A stretch of 63,365 nucleotides of DNA, filler included, from Octopus bimaculoides (GCF_001194135.2; 8 parts of 5 records of this genome joined end to end with filler, not necessarily neighbours in it); one strand, 5' to 3'; counted from the first letter of the whole stretch, positions 1 through 13,479 are shown. Translations and numbers: made by a program. Notes: generated by a model from the letters alone, not told the origin.

Positions 1-246
1 TATGTATTTATATATATATATATATATATCACAATAATAACAACCACAATAACAATATAACAGAAACCACAGTAGAAACTAAATAAATTAATGAATAAAT
101 GAATAAAGAATAAAGAATAATATAATAAAACTATAGAAAGTCCAGCAAACGTAAAAAGCCACAATATACAATATAAGATCTTTGCTTTCTTTTCGTACCA
201 CTTATCATTCTCCCATCTCTCTTGTCTCTTGTTTCTATCTCTTACT

Positions 247-289
<43 letters not shown>

Positions 290-440
290 TTTCACTCTCT
301 CTCTCTCTCTCTCACTTTCACTCTCTCACTTACTCTCTCTCACTTCTCTTTCTCTTATATCTGTATTTCAATCTTTACCTCTTATTCTGACATTTATCTC
401 TTTGTATTTCTAACACACACACTCTATCTCTCCCACTCTC

Positions 441-528
441 TTTCTCACTGTCCTTCTAATGCTCTCTCCCTCGTTATCACCCTCTTTCTCACTGTCCTTC
501 TAATGCTCTCTCCCTCGTTATCACCCTC
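441..528. repeat. Perfect 44-bp tandem duplication in a CT-rich tract
   Basis: tttctcactgtccttctaatgctctctccctcgttatcaccctc occurs at 441-484 and 485-528. Confidence 0.9.
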
Positions 529-1063
529 TTTCATTTCCTCTCACACATACTTCTATGTATTTCTATCCTATCGTTCTTCTTATATATATCTAGTAATCTA
601 CCTATATGTTTATATATATATATATATATATATGTATANNNNNNNNNNNNNNNNNNNNNNNNNNNNNNNNNNNNNNNNNNNNNNNNNNNNNNNNNNNNNN
701 NNNNNNNNNNNNNNNNNNNNNNNNNNNNNNNNNNNNNNNNNNNNNNNNNNNNNNNNNNNNNNNNNNNNNNNNNNNNNNNNNNNNNNNNNNNNNNNNNNNN
801 NNNNNNNNNNNNNNNNNNNNNNNNNNNNNNNNNNNNNNNNNNNNNNNNNNNNNNNNNNNNNNNNNNNNNNNNNNNNNNNNNNNNNNNNNNNNNNNNNNNN
901 NNNNNNNNNNNNNNNNTATATATATCAATCTCTCGATATATATGTGTGTTTGTATACATATATATGTGTGTGTTTGTATGCATACATTGCGTACATACAC
1001 ACACACACACACACACACACTCACACATATATATATATATACATAGATAGGTCGACATACACA

Positions 1064-1101
<38 letters not shown>

Positions 1102-1259
1102 CACATATACTCACAACAATATATGTATGTTCATATATATATATATGATTAAATGTTTATGTGAAGAGAAGTAGGGAAGTGTGTGTGTGGGAGTGTGTGC
1201 TTGTTTGTATATATATCTATCAACCTATCTATATTGGTACATAGAATGATAGATCAATC

Positions 1260-1291
<32 letters not shown>

Positions 1292-1642
1292 CACAACTTT
1301 CTTCTTCAGCGTCTATTTCTCGCACACCCCTCCACCTCATTTAACCATTGTAGTCTTTAATATCCTAACATTCTTCCTCTGTCTGTTAGTCTCTCTCACT
1401 CACTCTCTCTCTCCTCTCTCCTCTCACTTTCTCTACCTCTCTGATATGCATATATACAGACACACACTTACACACATAAGCATACACGTTTGTGTCTATA
1501 CACTTTTCTCTTCTCTTTATCTATTTTTCTAATTCTCAGTCGCTCTTATTATTTCATTCCCTACCTGTCTCTCTCTCTTTCCACCCACTCTCTTCTCTCT
1601 GCCTGTAGTACTTTTTATCTGTCTTTCTAACTTTTTAACTTT

Positions 1643-1677
<35 letters not shown>

Positions 1678-1758
1678 TTCTTTTCTTTCTTATTCATCTC
1701 TCTCTAAAGTCGCAAATCAGTCTGTCTAATTTGAACGGTCTCTCTTTATCTTTTGTCT

Positions 1759-1796
<38 letters not shown>

Positions 1797-1846
1797 GTCT
1801 CTTTGTATCTCTCTTCAAAACTTTCTCTTGCACTCTTCTATGCCCT

Positions 1847-1880
<34 letters not shown>

Positions 1881-2035
1881 TCTCTCTCTCACTTACTCTT
1901 TCTCACTATCTGTAGCAATCTTACTTTCTTTCTCATGCTGCCCCTTTCTAACTTACTCTCTCTCTCTCTCCTATTCTGTTTCTCACCTTCACTAATTTCC
2001 GTCTCTCTCCTTCTTCTCCTTCTCCTTCTTTTCCT

Positions 2036-2245
2036 TCTTCTTCCGTTTCTTCTTCTTCTTCTTCTTCTTCTTCTTCTTCTTCTTCTTCTTCTTCTTCTTC
2101 TTCTTCTTCTTCTTCTTCTTCTTCTTCCGTTTCTTCTTCTTCTTTATCTTCTTCTTCTTCTTCTTCTTCTTCTTCTTCTTCTTCTTCTTCTTCTTCTTCT
2201 TCTCTTTCTTCTCCTCCTCCTCTTTCTTCTTCTCCTCCTTCGTCT
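2036..2245. repeat. (CTT)n microsatellite
   Basis: Long near-pure CTT/CCT run; it explains the poly-Leu ORF 1731-2345. Confidence 0.95.
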
Positions 2246-2990
2246 CCTTCTTCTTCTTCTTACTATCCTATTATTCCCCCACCTTTTTCCTCCATTTCTT
2301 TTATCCGTCAAATCTATTTCCCACTATGTTCCTTCCTCTTTGTAACCTACGGAGATGATTTTTAATAGGTGACGACGGCAGACCCTAACTACTTGCCCAA
2401 AACTCCATTTATTCCATCTTGTTTCGTGTTGTTTTTGTTTTCTTTTCTTTTGTTTTGTTTTGTTATCGTTTGTTGTTGTTTTATGTTTTGTGGGTTTGTT
2501 TTTATTATTATTATTATTATTATTATTTATTTTGTACTTTTCTTATTCCTATTCGATCTATCATTCTATCTTTCAACCACAATCACACAACTACAGCTAC
2601 TAAACAACTAAACCACACCTTTTCTCTCTCTTCATCTCCTTTTCTATCATTATACATGTATGTATGTATATATGTATGCATGTATGTATATATGTATGTA
2701 TGTATGTATAAACACACACATACACACACACATACACACACATATATATATATATATAATATGTTATATATATATATATATATATATTATGCATATGTAC
2801 CTATATGTATATATACGCATACATGTCCATATTTATCTATATATATATATATATATATAAATACATACATATACATACATACAAAAAATATATGCATATA
2901 ATGTACATACATATATATATATGCATAGACACACATACATATATGTATATATATATAAGCGTGTGTACATATATATATACATGAATGTAT

Positions 2991-3039
<49 letters not shown>

Positions 3040-3279
3040 NNNNNNNNNNNNNNNNNNNNNNNNNNNNNNNNNNNNNNNNNNNNNNNNNNNNNNNNNNNNN
3101 NNNNNNNNNNNNNNNNNNNNNNNNNNNNNNNNNNNNNNNNNNNNNNNNNNNNNNNNNNNNNNNNNNNNNNNNNNNNNNNNNNNNNNNNNNNNNNNNNNNN
3201 NNNNNNNNNNNNNNNNNNNNNNNNNNNNNNNNNNNNNNNNNNNNNNNNNNNNNNNNNNNNNNNNNNNNNNNNNNNNNNN

Positions 3280-3328
<49 letters not shown>

Positions 3329-3329
3329 A

Positions 3330-3362
<33 letters not shown>

Positions 3363-3928
3363 TTCTCTCTCTTTCTGCCTCCCTTTCTCACTTTACAGAA
3401 GCGTATACATACATATACCCATTTATTTATTTATCCATCTTTCTATCTATCTACTCATCATCTAACTATATATGTATCTATCTAGTTATCTATCTATTAG
3501 TTTATCTTCTTACACAGACATACATCAATACACACACACATACACACACACTTATATATATATATACATATTGCATTTATATATTATATACATAATCGCA
3601 CTTATACACACACACACACACACACACACAGCTCTGCTGCTTGTGTGTGATATTATGTGCGTCAAATTGGACACACATAAATAAATTATATGATTATTGT
3701 AAGTACTTTCCCCGTGCGGTTTAATAAGAACACATCAAACGTGTGTTTCTTGTTAAGCCGGGCGAAGCGAAGCTTCTGACAGAGACTAGTGGAGAGAGAA
3801 AAAAATATATACGATTTTCTCTTTCAGGCAATAAATCAAGAACGGATCTGGATATCGATCACATCTTTTCACAGAGATCATTTATCAATGTCGAGATTTG
3901 CTTTTCTCTGGTTTTTGATATTTTACAG

Positions 3929-3992
3929 ACGGGATTAGGGAAGTTACTTGATGAAAGAACTTCCATAACAGTCAGTATTCACAAAGATAATG
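3929..3992 (+). CDS. Candidate internal exon 1 of an unidentified host gene (TGLGKLLDERTSITVSIHKDN+G)
   Basis: Pyrimidine-rich acceptor ...ttttgatattttacag| and donor AATG|gtaata. 64 nt, phase 0 to 1, open only in this frame. Alternative upstream acceptors at 3827 and 3874. No homologue recognised. Confidence 0.4.
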
Positions 3993-4299
3993 GTAATATT
4001 TTTTTAAGGGACAAGAAAAGGATAAAGATAAACGACTAACACCTTCAGATTTGAAGACCCTGTGTCTTTTGTGGTTAAGTCTTAATAGCTCAGATTTTCA
4101 CCAGTTAGACAAGGTGTCTGACAAATGTGATCTGTACATGAACCTGGAGAGATTTAGGTGATACACAAGTTAGGATATACAGAACACAAGTATAAAATCT
4201 AAATATTGCAATATTGCAATGAACAATAAGAGTGAAGGATGAAGTAAGTGAACCTACTTATATAACGAAAGCAAAGATTGTTTAATGTTGAAGGGTGAC

Positions 4300-5990
4300 C
4301 GGTGATGGAGGTGGTAGTGGTGGTGGTGGTGGTCGTCGTCGTCGTGTGTTGTCGTGTTGGTGGTGGCGATGATGGTGGCGGGTTAAAGGCAAACGACGAC
4401 GGGTGGTGGGGCATAGAGGGTGTTGGAGGAAGAAAAAGGAGAAAAAAAGGAGAATATGAAAAAAAGGAAAACAAAGAAAAGAAAAATGATTGATTGAAAG
4501 ATTAAGATTAAAAGAATAAACAAAAGGCAAAAACAAAAACACACAAAAAACACAGTGGGTGAAAATAAATGGAGGGAGGGGGGAGAAAAGTAAGAAAAGG
4601 CAGGGAAAATTAAAGAGAAAGCAAGGGTGGGTGGAACAAAAAAAAATATATAGTAACAACAGCAACAACAACAAAACAACAAGAACGAGAAATATGGTGA
4701 AACAAATGTGAAGGAGGATAAGAAAGAAAAAATAAAAAGGAAAGACAAAGATTATAAGGATGACTTATGGTATGAATTGGTGGTGGGTATGGTTGGAGAG
4801 GGAAGGAGCGAAGAAGATAAAAGAAGAAGATATGAGGAAGAAAGAAAAAATCGAAAGACGTAAGAAAAGAAGATGTAGAATGAAGGTGAATAAAGAAGTA
4901 AAAAATACAAGATGAAGTAGCGAGGGGGGGGGGACAAAAAAACGAAAAAATATACCGAAAAATGGTGGTGTGTGATACGGAACAAGTGGTGGTGATTGTG
5001 GTAGTGGTGGTGGGAGTGATGATGATGACGATGATGATGACGACGGTGGTGGTGATGTCGGTCTTATAACAGATCAGCACTGGTGGCAGTGGTGGTGGTG
5101 GCGGTGGTGGTGGTGATTGGCCGAATGATAATGCACATGGTGGTCATACTGATGGCGTTGGTGACAATGGTGCAATCGGTGAGGGGAGTGGTGGCATTGG
5201 CAGTGGTGGAAATGTTGTCGTTATTGTTGGTGGTGGTCGTCGTGGTCGTGATGTTATTAGCGTTGTTGTTATTGCTGTTGTTCGCGGTCGTGGTAACCGT
5301 TATGATAGCTGTGGTCATCGCGTTGTCGGTGAGGAGATGGTGGTGGTAGTAGTGGTGGTGATGCTGGCAGTGGTAGTGGTCGTGGTGGTGGTCATTGTGG
5401 TCGTTGTCATGGTGCTGGTGATAGCAACAGCAGTGGTGGTGGTGGTGGTGTTGGTAATGGTGGTTGTTAGTTATCCCGATGATGATGATGACGATGATGG
5501 CGATGATGATGATGAAGATGATGATGATGAAGATAGTGATGACGATGATGATGATGACGATGATGATGATGAAGAGGGTGATGATGACGATGATGATGAT
5601 GATGATGACGATGATGAAGATAGTGACGACGATGATGATGATGACGACTATGATGATGAAGATGATGATGATGAAGATAGTGATGACGATGATGATGATG
5701 ACGATGGCGATGATGAAGATGATGATGATGACGATGATGATGACGATGTTGATGACGATGATGATGATGACGATGACGACGACGATGATGATGACGACGA
5801 CGATGACGACGATGATGATGATGATTATGAAGATGGTGATGATGATGATGATGACGACGATATGATGATGATGATGATGGTGATAACAGTGATGGTGGTG
5901 GTGGTGGTGGCGATGATGGCGGTAGCGGTGGCGATGGCGGTGGCGGTCATTGTAACGGTAGTTAACGATGGTAGGTGGTTTCACCCAGCG
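4300..5990. repeat. Compound GGT/GTC/GAT trinucleotide low-complexity region, including a (GAT/GAC)n block at about 5480-5880
   Basis: Visible triplet runs; these explain the poly-Asp, poly-Met and poly-Ile ORFs. Confidence 0.95.
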
Positions 5991-6298
5991 AATGAACTTC
6001 TTGGTTGTGAATGGAACGTGGAAGACAAAATACGGAACTGAAATTAAGAAAGTCTTGGAACAAAATTAAAATATGACACAGAATATATGTGCGTGTAATG
6101 TATGTTTACGCGCGCACGTGTGTGTGTGTATGTGTATGTGTGTTATAGACATGCACATACACTTACACACACACACCCATATTGTAATTTAATTTGACGA
6201 TCAACATATGTACTTTATATATTATTTTCCACCACACCTTTATACATCCCTCACAAACTATCTCTCCTTTTCTTTCTTTCTCTCTCTCTTTCTTTCTA

Positions 6299-6341
<43 letters not shown>

Positions 6342-6398
6342 ATCTCTATCTCTCTCTCTCNNNNNNNNNNTCTCTCTCTCTCTCTCTCTATCTCTATC

Positions 6399-6429
<31 letters not shown>

Positions 6430-7800
6430 TTCCCTCTGACTATTTCTACCTCTCTTTCTCTCTGTATATATATATATGTGTGTGTGTGTGTTATTTTAAT
6501 ATATATACTTATGTGTGTGTATGAGTGTATGTGTGTATTGGTATGAATATATATATATATATATATATATANNNNNNNNNNNNNNNNNNNNNNNNNNNNN
6601 NNNNNNNNNNNNNNNNNNNNNNNNNNNNNNNNNNNNNNNNNNNNNNNNNNNNNNNNNNNNNNNNNNNNNNNNNNNNNNNNNNNNNNNNNNNNNNNNNNNN
6701 NNNNNNNNNNNNNNNNNNNNNNNNNNNNNNNNNNNNNNNNNNNNNNNNNNNNNNNNNNNNNNNNNNNNNNNNNNNNNNNNNNNNNNNNNNNNNNNNNNNN
6801 NNNNNNNNNNNNNNNNNNNNNNNNNNNNNNNNNNNNNNNNNNNNNNNNNNNNNNNNNNNNNNNNNNNNNNNNNNNNNNNNNNNNNNNNNNNNNNNNNNNN
6901 NNNNNNNNNNNNNNNNNNNNNNNNNNNNNNNNNNNNNNNNNNNNNNNNNNNNNNNNNNNNNNNNNNNNNNNNNNNNNNNNNNNNNNNNNNNNNNNNNNNN
7001 NNNNNNNNNNNNNNNNNNNNNNNNNNNNNNNNNNNNNNNNNNNNNNNNNNNNNNNNNNNNNNNNNNNNNNNNNNNNNNNNNNNNNNNNNNNNNNNNNNNN
7101 NNNNNNNNNNNNNNNNNNNNNNNNNNNNNNNNNNNNNNNNNNNNNNNNNNNNNNNNNNNNNNNNNNNNNNNNNNNNNNNNNNNNNNNNNNNNNNNNNNNN
7201 NNNNNNNNNNNNNNNNNNNNNNNNNNNNNNNNNNNNNNNNNNNNNNNNNNNNNNNNNNNNNNNNNNNNNNNNNNNNNNNNNNNNNATATTACACACACAC
7301 GCACACTCACGAATATATAAATATATATATATATAAATGGTAGTCTATACATCTACTAGCTTACTGGAAATAGATAGCAGACAGGAAACTTTGAATATTA
7401 AGGAATGGTCGGAAGCATAATTTGAAACGATGAATTGGCAAAAATGGCTGCTATCAATGAAAATGTTACGTGTTGGGACTGGCACGAAGGTTAAAGATCA
7501 ATTTTCATAAATTAATAACGCCTATAAGATAAAGTAAGGAATATGTTTAAAGGTAATGTTTGGTGATAAAGTATTGGAATGAGGGAAATGGTTTGAAAGA
7601 AACTTGCCCAGAAAAATATATTTATTTGTGCGTTAGAGAGAAGAACGGATGTCGTTTTCAAATTATCTACACACAATGTAGATAGCACTTATAGCACGCA
7701 CATAGACTATACCTAACTTCACAGTCTCAAATACGGATGGTTCTTACATCCACCCTCTCGGATGCACGTGCGTTTGTTTGTGTATGCGTGTATTTGTATG

Positions 7801-7848
<48 letters not shown>

Positions 7849-7898
7849 CATGTATAAGTATATGTATGTATATATATGTATACAATATCTCTCGCCCC

Positions 7899-7934
<36 letters not shown>

Positions 7935-7978
7935 NNNNNNNNNNNNNNNNNNNNNNNNNNNNNNNNNNNNNNNNNNNN

Positions 7979-7990
7979 TTAATTAATTAA
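7979..7990. other. Assembly gap linker TTAATTAATTAA (first of seven; also 18569, 20181, 22482, 27189, 39712, 47399)
   Basis: Each copy is the same 12-mer flanked by exactly 44 N on each side (100 bp in total) and gives stop codons in all six frames. It is artificial. Confidence 0.97.
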
Positions 7991-8034
7991 NNNNNNNNNN
8001 NNNNNNNNNNNNNNNNNNNNNNNNNNNNNNNNNN

Positions 8035-8073
<39 letters not shown>

Positions 8074-8111
8074 ATATAAATTAGAAGCAGCTTGACAGAT
8101 ATAGAACTTAC

Positions 8112-8273
8112 GTGTGTTGTTAGTTCGTGTTGTTGGTTCTTAGGTGTAAGAGAATTTTTTCTGTATGCGTCTACTGTAAAATGCAGCTCAACTTAAGTCA
8201 TAGTGAAACGAGACAACACATATCGGTCCTTTGTCAGAGCGAACCGCAGCGAACCCACGAACTAACAACACAC
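8112..8273. mobile_element. Small inverted-repeat (MITE-like) element
   Basis: gtgtgttgttagttcgtg (8112-8129) and its exact reverse complement cacgaactaacaacacac (8256-8273). Confidence 0.45.
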
Positions 8274-8316
8274 ATACCTTGTGAATGTGTATTGGATTGT
8301 GTTTGTATAATGTACA

Positions 8317-8354
<38 letters not shown>

Positions 8355-8555
8355 NNNNNNNNNNNNNTACATACATACATACATAAATACATACATATAT
8401 ACACATACATTTAAATTTTGTGTATTTTTCATGAGTTAATCAAAGGAAAATAAAGAAAGAAAAAGGAAGCGAGGGTCAGAAAATTATACTATTAGCAAAA
8501 CTGCCAATAAAATCTTCATTAACATTTGAAATGCATATGTATCAATATCTTGCAG

Positions 8556-8593
8556 GAGACCTAACTATGGAACATAATCCAATCCCTTGGCAG
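8556..8593 (+). CDS. Candidate internal exon 2 (G+DLTMEHNPIPWQ)
   Basis: Acceptor atatcttgcag| and donor CAG|gttggg. 38 nt, phase 1 to 0, joining exon 3929-3992 in frame (G|GA = Gly). Confidence 0.4.
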
Positions 8594-9022
8594 GTTGGGA
8601 ATTTCACTTTAAACAAAAACAAATCAACAAAAACGAAAAAATTGAGGCTAAATTCACCTATGATTCCTAAGGATTAATCTATGTCATAAGTTGTGCAGCA
8701 TGTAGACACAGCTATATAGGTTAGACAAGAATATAACTGAGACTGAGAACAACACTGTATAAGGAATTTAAAGGAAGCCACCGAACACTTAATAGACCAT
8801 TCACATCTGGTTTACGTCTGCTTCACATTGAATTACTGCGTTTTCTCGTTGTCTTCTTCTTTACAAGTGCCTCTTGTTTAAATCTTTTCTGCTCAAAAAA
8901 CACCTGACAAACTGTTTTGCTTTCAGCTTGATAAATGCAGAATAAATTATTATTTCCACCAGGAAAATCTAAGTAGATATAGACGCAAGGTTCGTGGTTT
9001 TAATCTAAAATTACATACATAC

Positions 9023-9363
9023 ATCTTGGCAATCCTTCGCTTACGACGTCGAGGGTTCCAGTTGATCTGATCAACAGAACAGCCTGCTCGTGAAATTAAC
9101 ATATTTTTCAGGGATATTCAGCGTGACACAGTGTTACAAGGCTGACCTTTTGAATTATAGCCACAACAGAAACAGGAAGTAAGAGTGAGAGAAATTTGTG
9201 GTGAAAGAGTACAGCAGGGTTCGCCACCATCCCCTGCCGGAGCCTCGTGAAGCTTTAGGTGTTTTCGCTCAATAAACACTCACAACGCCCGGTCTGGGAA
9301 TCGAAACCGCGATCTTATGACCGCGAGTCCGCTGCCCTAACCAATGGGCCATTGCACCTCCAC
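9023..9363 (-). mobile_element. tRNA-derived SINE (family C1), full length
   Basis: The minus strand starts gtggaggtgcaatggcccattggttagggcagcggactcgcggtcataagatcgcggtttcgattccc, with A-box-like and B-box-like elements, and ends in a short (GTAT)n-like tail. Confidence 0.85.
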
Positions 9364-9378
9364 ACATACATACATACA

Positions 9379-9409
<31 letters not shown>

Positions 9410-10822
9410 GCATATAAAGCTTCTATTTTATAGTACTGGCTACAGTTTAATGATGCCAAGTGGTGATACCTGACTTCTGGGTTACACCGAGCTGCGCCGA
9501 TACAATACAATGTTGGATAGATATTTTAATGATAATAATGATCCTTGGATGGAATTTAGAAATATTTTAAGGAATTCATAAACTCCATCCAAGGTTTATT
9601 ATTTTGATCATTATATATATGGGACTTTCAATACAAACAGAAGGGCAGAACGTAATATTGTCCATATAATATTTACAGTCTACAAGTTACACAACTCTCT
9701 ATAGGGAGCTTGAGAAAATTAACGTCGCTGAATTATGTGATATTTGTGAAGTTAACACATACTTACGTAAATGAATACGCACATACATACAAGCTTACAC
9801 ACATATATAGAAAACTAAGACTGGAAAATAAGATATATCCAAAACCAAGTCTGTGTAGAAAAGACTTTTCCAAGCCGTTGTAAATGCGTTGTAGTGCGTC
9901 GTAGCATGTCCATGCGAGGCAAAAACTCATATATAGAACTATAGGATTCTAGTCCTCCACAAGGTTAATTTATTCCTGAAATATGGTCACACATGTGCCA
10001 ATGACACCGAGAGCTATAACAACGAAGAGCAAACTCCTGCTAGAGTCTTCCATGATGTAGAGTTCAAAATATAAGGCAGAGACTGTTATGGAACATCTGT
10101 TTCCAGAGCTATAAATGGGTCTGCGTAGGTCAACAATTAAAACAAATAAAGTAAATAGTCTAAAGCATCGACAATTCAAAATCAACTTGACCAGGGAGTT
10201 GGCAGTCCAGGGACGAGATGTGAAGAAACTACTCTTTGTAGGAAGCAAATGACTTAATGACGGAACATGTACATATTTTTATACAAAGAAACAAGGGTAT
10301 ATGTATCTTCGTATTACTATGTATATATAACTTTGTGTGTCTGTGCAGTCTGGGTCTGGGAGTGTATGAATATGTATAAATGTTTATGTATACGATTCGG
10401 AGGTCGTGCGACCATTGATTGCAGTATGCATATGTGTGGGTTGTGTATATAAGTGTGCATAGATGTGAGTGCCAAGTTGGATACAACTGATAATGTTTCA
10501 TAACTGTCAATGTGCAAAAGTGATATCCCTAATCAATTATAACTGGAGAATTCAAATCAGTTTGTTCTGTTCTTTTCTAATTATTTTGTATATGTAGATT
10601 CTTTGTTACGTTAACCGGTACCCTTATGATAACACAAATGAAAATCTCTAAGTATATATATAAGGGCTGTAGGTTTTGATTAAATCCCTGTAAACGTTCT
10701 CATTTTCCTCGATTTGTAACAGACACACGTAGCCCTCTACTATAAACATGTATGTATTTATTTATATTTATATGTATACACACACACACCCAAATATATA
10801 TACACACACAAATACGCACATA

Positions 10823-10859
<37 letters not shown>

Positions 10860-11653
10860 ACACACACAGACACACACACACACACACGCACACACATATA
10901 TATATATATATACATATAAAATATAACATCCTAACTATTAGGAATGAAAACTCTCTCTGCATACACAAGCACTATTTTACACTCAAATATTTTGAAGAAA
11001 AGCCGCCACTTGCGACGTTAATCCCACTAGGATATCCCCTTTCCTGAACGGGAAATCTGAACACACATAGCACATAAACTCCACATACAGAGTAAATATT
11101 CTGCAGTGACGAACTACCTCAGCTCACTATTATAAGAACACCATACCCAAACAAATACAAAATAATGCAAATTGACAACCAATCTATTTTCCGAAAAGAC
11201 AAATCCAAGGAAGATAATCATCCCAAAAATGCCACCCAAAGTAAGGTCCCTTGATTCATTGTTTTATTCACGTCAAGTCACGAGAATTTCGGTGAACTAA
11301 GCGAGAGTGTATTTTTCAAAATGGAGTGAAAACACCTTTCTCTTTGTGATTGGCTTGAAAAATTGTTAAGATACTAGGATATTTTCTTACTTTCATAACA
11401 TGAAACCAATGGTACCCTTTATTCAGAAGTAATGAAATTATAACCACCAAAGCGGTGTTGAACACTTATCTTCATCGTTCGGCATTTACGTATATATTAA
11501 TACATACCTAAATACATACATATCTATATGTATATATATATATATNNNNNNNNNNNNNNNNNNNNNNNNNNNNNNNNNNNNNNNNNNNNNNNNNNNNNNN
11601 NNNNNNNNNNNNNNNNNNNNNNNNNNNNNNNNNNNNNNNNNNNNNTATATATA

Positions 11654-12037
11654 CAATGGGGAGGCCGGCTTATGGGTTACCCTGTGTTTCTCGCTAATAA
11701 GGAGTTTAGCCCTGCGGCGTATCTTCCGACGCCAAACACTACTGGTCTTTTGGAATCCGCAAGGCAACGCTACAGCCGGAAGCCAATAGCCAAAGCCGAT
11801 GGGAGACAGTTGCTTACCCTCGTGGTTATCTGCTGATCGCAAGATGGCGGCGCGACCGAAGTTTGATGGCCAGTGGCACAGAGAGATAATCACCTAGTGT
11901 TTAGCTTTATAGCGAAGGATTCTTTCCTCCATATGTTGAATAGGCTTTAGGCCAGCAGTGTTTGGAGCCTAAAGATACGCTGTAAAGCTTATGAGCGAGA
12001 AACTCAGGGTAACCCCATAAACCGGCCCCTCCCATTA
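11654..12037. mobile_element. TA-flanked MITE with long imperfect TIRs (Tc1/mariner-type target)
   Basis: TA|caatggggaggccggcttatgggttaccctgtgtttctcgct ... agcgagaaactcagggtaaccccataaaccggcccctcccatta|TA. Inverted similarity extends about 95 bp (aaacactactggtct versus aggccagcagtgttt). Confidence 0.85.
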
Positions 12038-13067
12038 TAATATTAACTGCTCTACATCTTAGGGTGTGATTCTCTCGATTTATGTATTTCTACAAACGAT
12101 CCTTTTCGATACCTGGCCAGAGATTTTAACAGTGACCATGTGGTTTCTGTTAAATACCTGATTAGCGTAGCACTTCTACCTATATTACAGAAATGACAGG
12201 TCTCCCACAAATATGGAACCCCTTATGAACGAGAAACCCAGGGTCACTCCAAAAATTGGCCTGTCTCATTATAATATTAACTGCTCTACATCTTAGAATG
12301 TGCTACCCCTCCGGATTTATTTATTTCTACAAACGAGAGATACGAACACACTCACATATATGCATGTATGCGGTTCTGTGTGTATATGTATATAGAAATT
12401 CATATCCCAGCATTGAGTCTAACATATCTATTTTAATCTTACGTTTACTATCATGATATATTTTAAGAATACAGCAATATACCTGTGAATTCAAATCTAC
12501 GCACTTTTTCCCACGTGACAAAAGCCTACATTTGAAAGTTTCTCGTAATGCATAAAATTTATGGTATAAATAGAATTTTCTAAATATGTATAGTTTGAAA
12601 TGTGCAATACACAAGAATTTAGCAAACGAATAACTATCACTGCTATTTCAGCTCCAAAAATAAAATAGTGTGCGTTCTCTTTATAAAATATTTAGTATAT
12701 TTCTTTCGTTTGTAAAACAAACTACTCACATACATGCTTACACTCATATCCCCATCCGTGAGTATATACTCACTTATCCATGTACATTCATATATGTTTG
12801 TGTGTGCGAGTGTGTGAGTGTGTGAATGTGTGAGAGAGAGTATGTGTGTGTGTGAGAGAGAGTGTGTATATATGTCTGTGTGTGTGTGTGTGTATGTGTG
12901 TGTGTGTGTGAGAGAGAGAGTGTAAGGGATGCACAGCATACGCACATATGAACGAATGAATAAACAAAGGGATAACTGAACGAAGGCATGAATGATGAGT
13001 GAGCTTCGAGACCTCTTGTAGAGTCAGCGTCTTTTATCACTTACTGGAACCGAACCTTGTTTTGCAG

Positions 13068-13136
13068 CTGAACATTCTGACGATGTCTTATCCAATCTTT
13101 ATGTCTTCCCTCCTTGTTCGTTTTTCATCATCTTAC
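13068..13136 (+). CDS. Candidate internal exon 3 (LNILTMSYPIFMSSLLVRFSSSY)
   Basis: Acceptor ccttgttttgcag| and donor TAC|gtgaga. 69 nt, phase 0 to 0, in frame with exon 2. It could instead read on to a stop codon (..VRLFSI*). Confidence 0.3.
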
Positions 13137-13479
13137 GTGAGACTGTTTTCCATCTAACCACCGCGCCTTGGACGCGGATTCAAAATGACATTCCGCTGAG
13201 TTATCATCGTCACAAAATTACGCTCCCATCGTTTCCACGTGCGAGTTATTTTCTCGACAACTTACACAAAAATTCTACGTCCCTCGCCAAAATAATATCT
13301 CAAAGGCCTTTTCCACCCAAAATCCACGACTAGTGGGCAGGTCTGGGCTTTTAGCAGTTTCACCTTGATGTTTTTTATTGTGAGCACTGTATCTCCATAT
13401 TATATTAAATGATATGAAGGTTAATATTTATACACTGCGTCTTGCTCTAATTTCCACTCTACTGCCTGCCTATTGTCTG

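Noticed and set aside
2369-2425. Possible exon VTTADPNYLPKTPF after ttttaatag
   Set aside because: No convincing donor; the frame runs into a simple repeat.
182-3595. Long ORFs such as 182-1174, 1731-2345 and 2921-3595
   Set aside because: They are translations of CT, TA, CA and CTT microsatellites and N runs; the same applies to most ORFs in the track.
5337-6041. 234-aa poly-Asp ORF
   Set aside because: It is a (GAT/GAC)n tract open in several frames, with no splice or domain support.
7935-8034. Recurrent palindrome TTAATTAATTAA at seven sites
   Set aside because: It is always centred in exactly 44 N + 12 + 44 N; an artificial six-frame-stop gap linker, not biology.
9290-9363. tRNA genes at tRNA-like heads (also 59455, 63070 and the family A heads)
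   Set aside because: They lack complete cloverleafs and continue into SINE bodies.
9970-10248. Minus-strand ORF with a signal-peptide-like tail; plus-strand KHRQFKINLTRELA weakly piggyBac-like
   Set aside because: No strong splice sites or diagnostic catalytic motifs; neither reading can be supported by eye.
13030-13060. Strong minus-strand donor CCA|gtaagt
   Set aside because: No good acceptor or open frame upstream on that strand.
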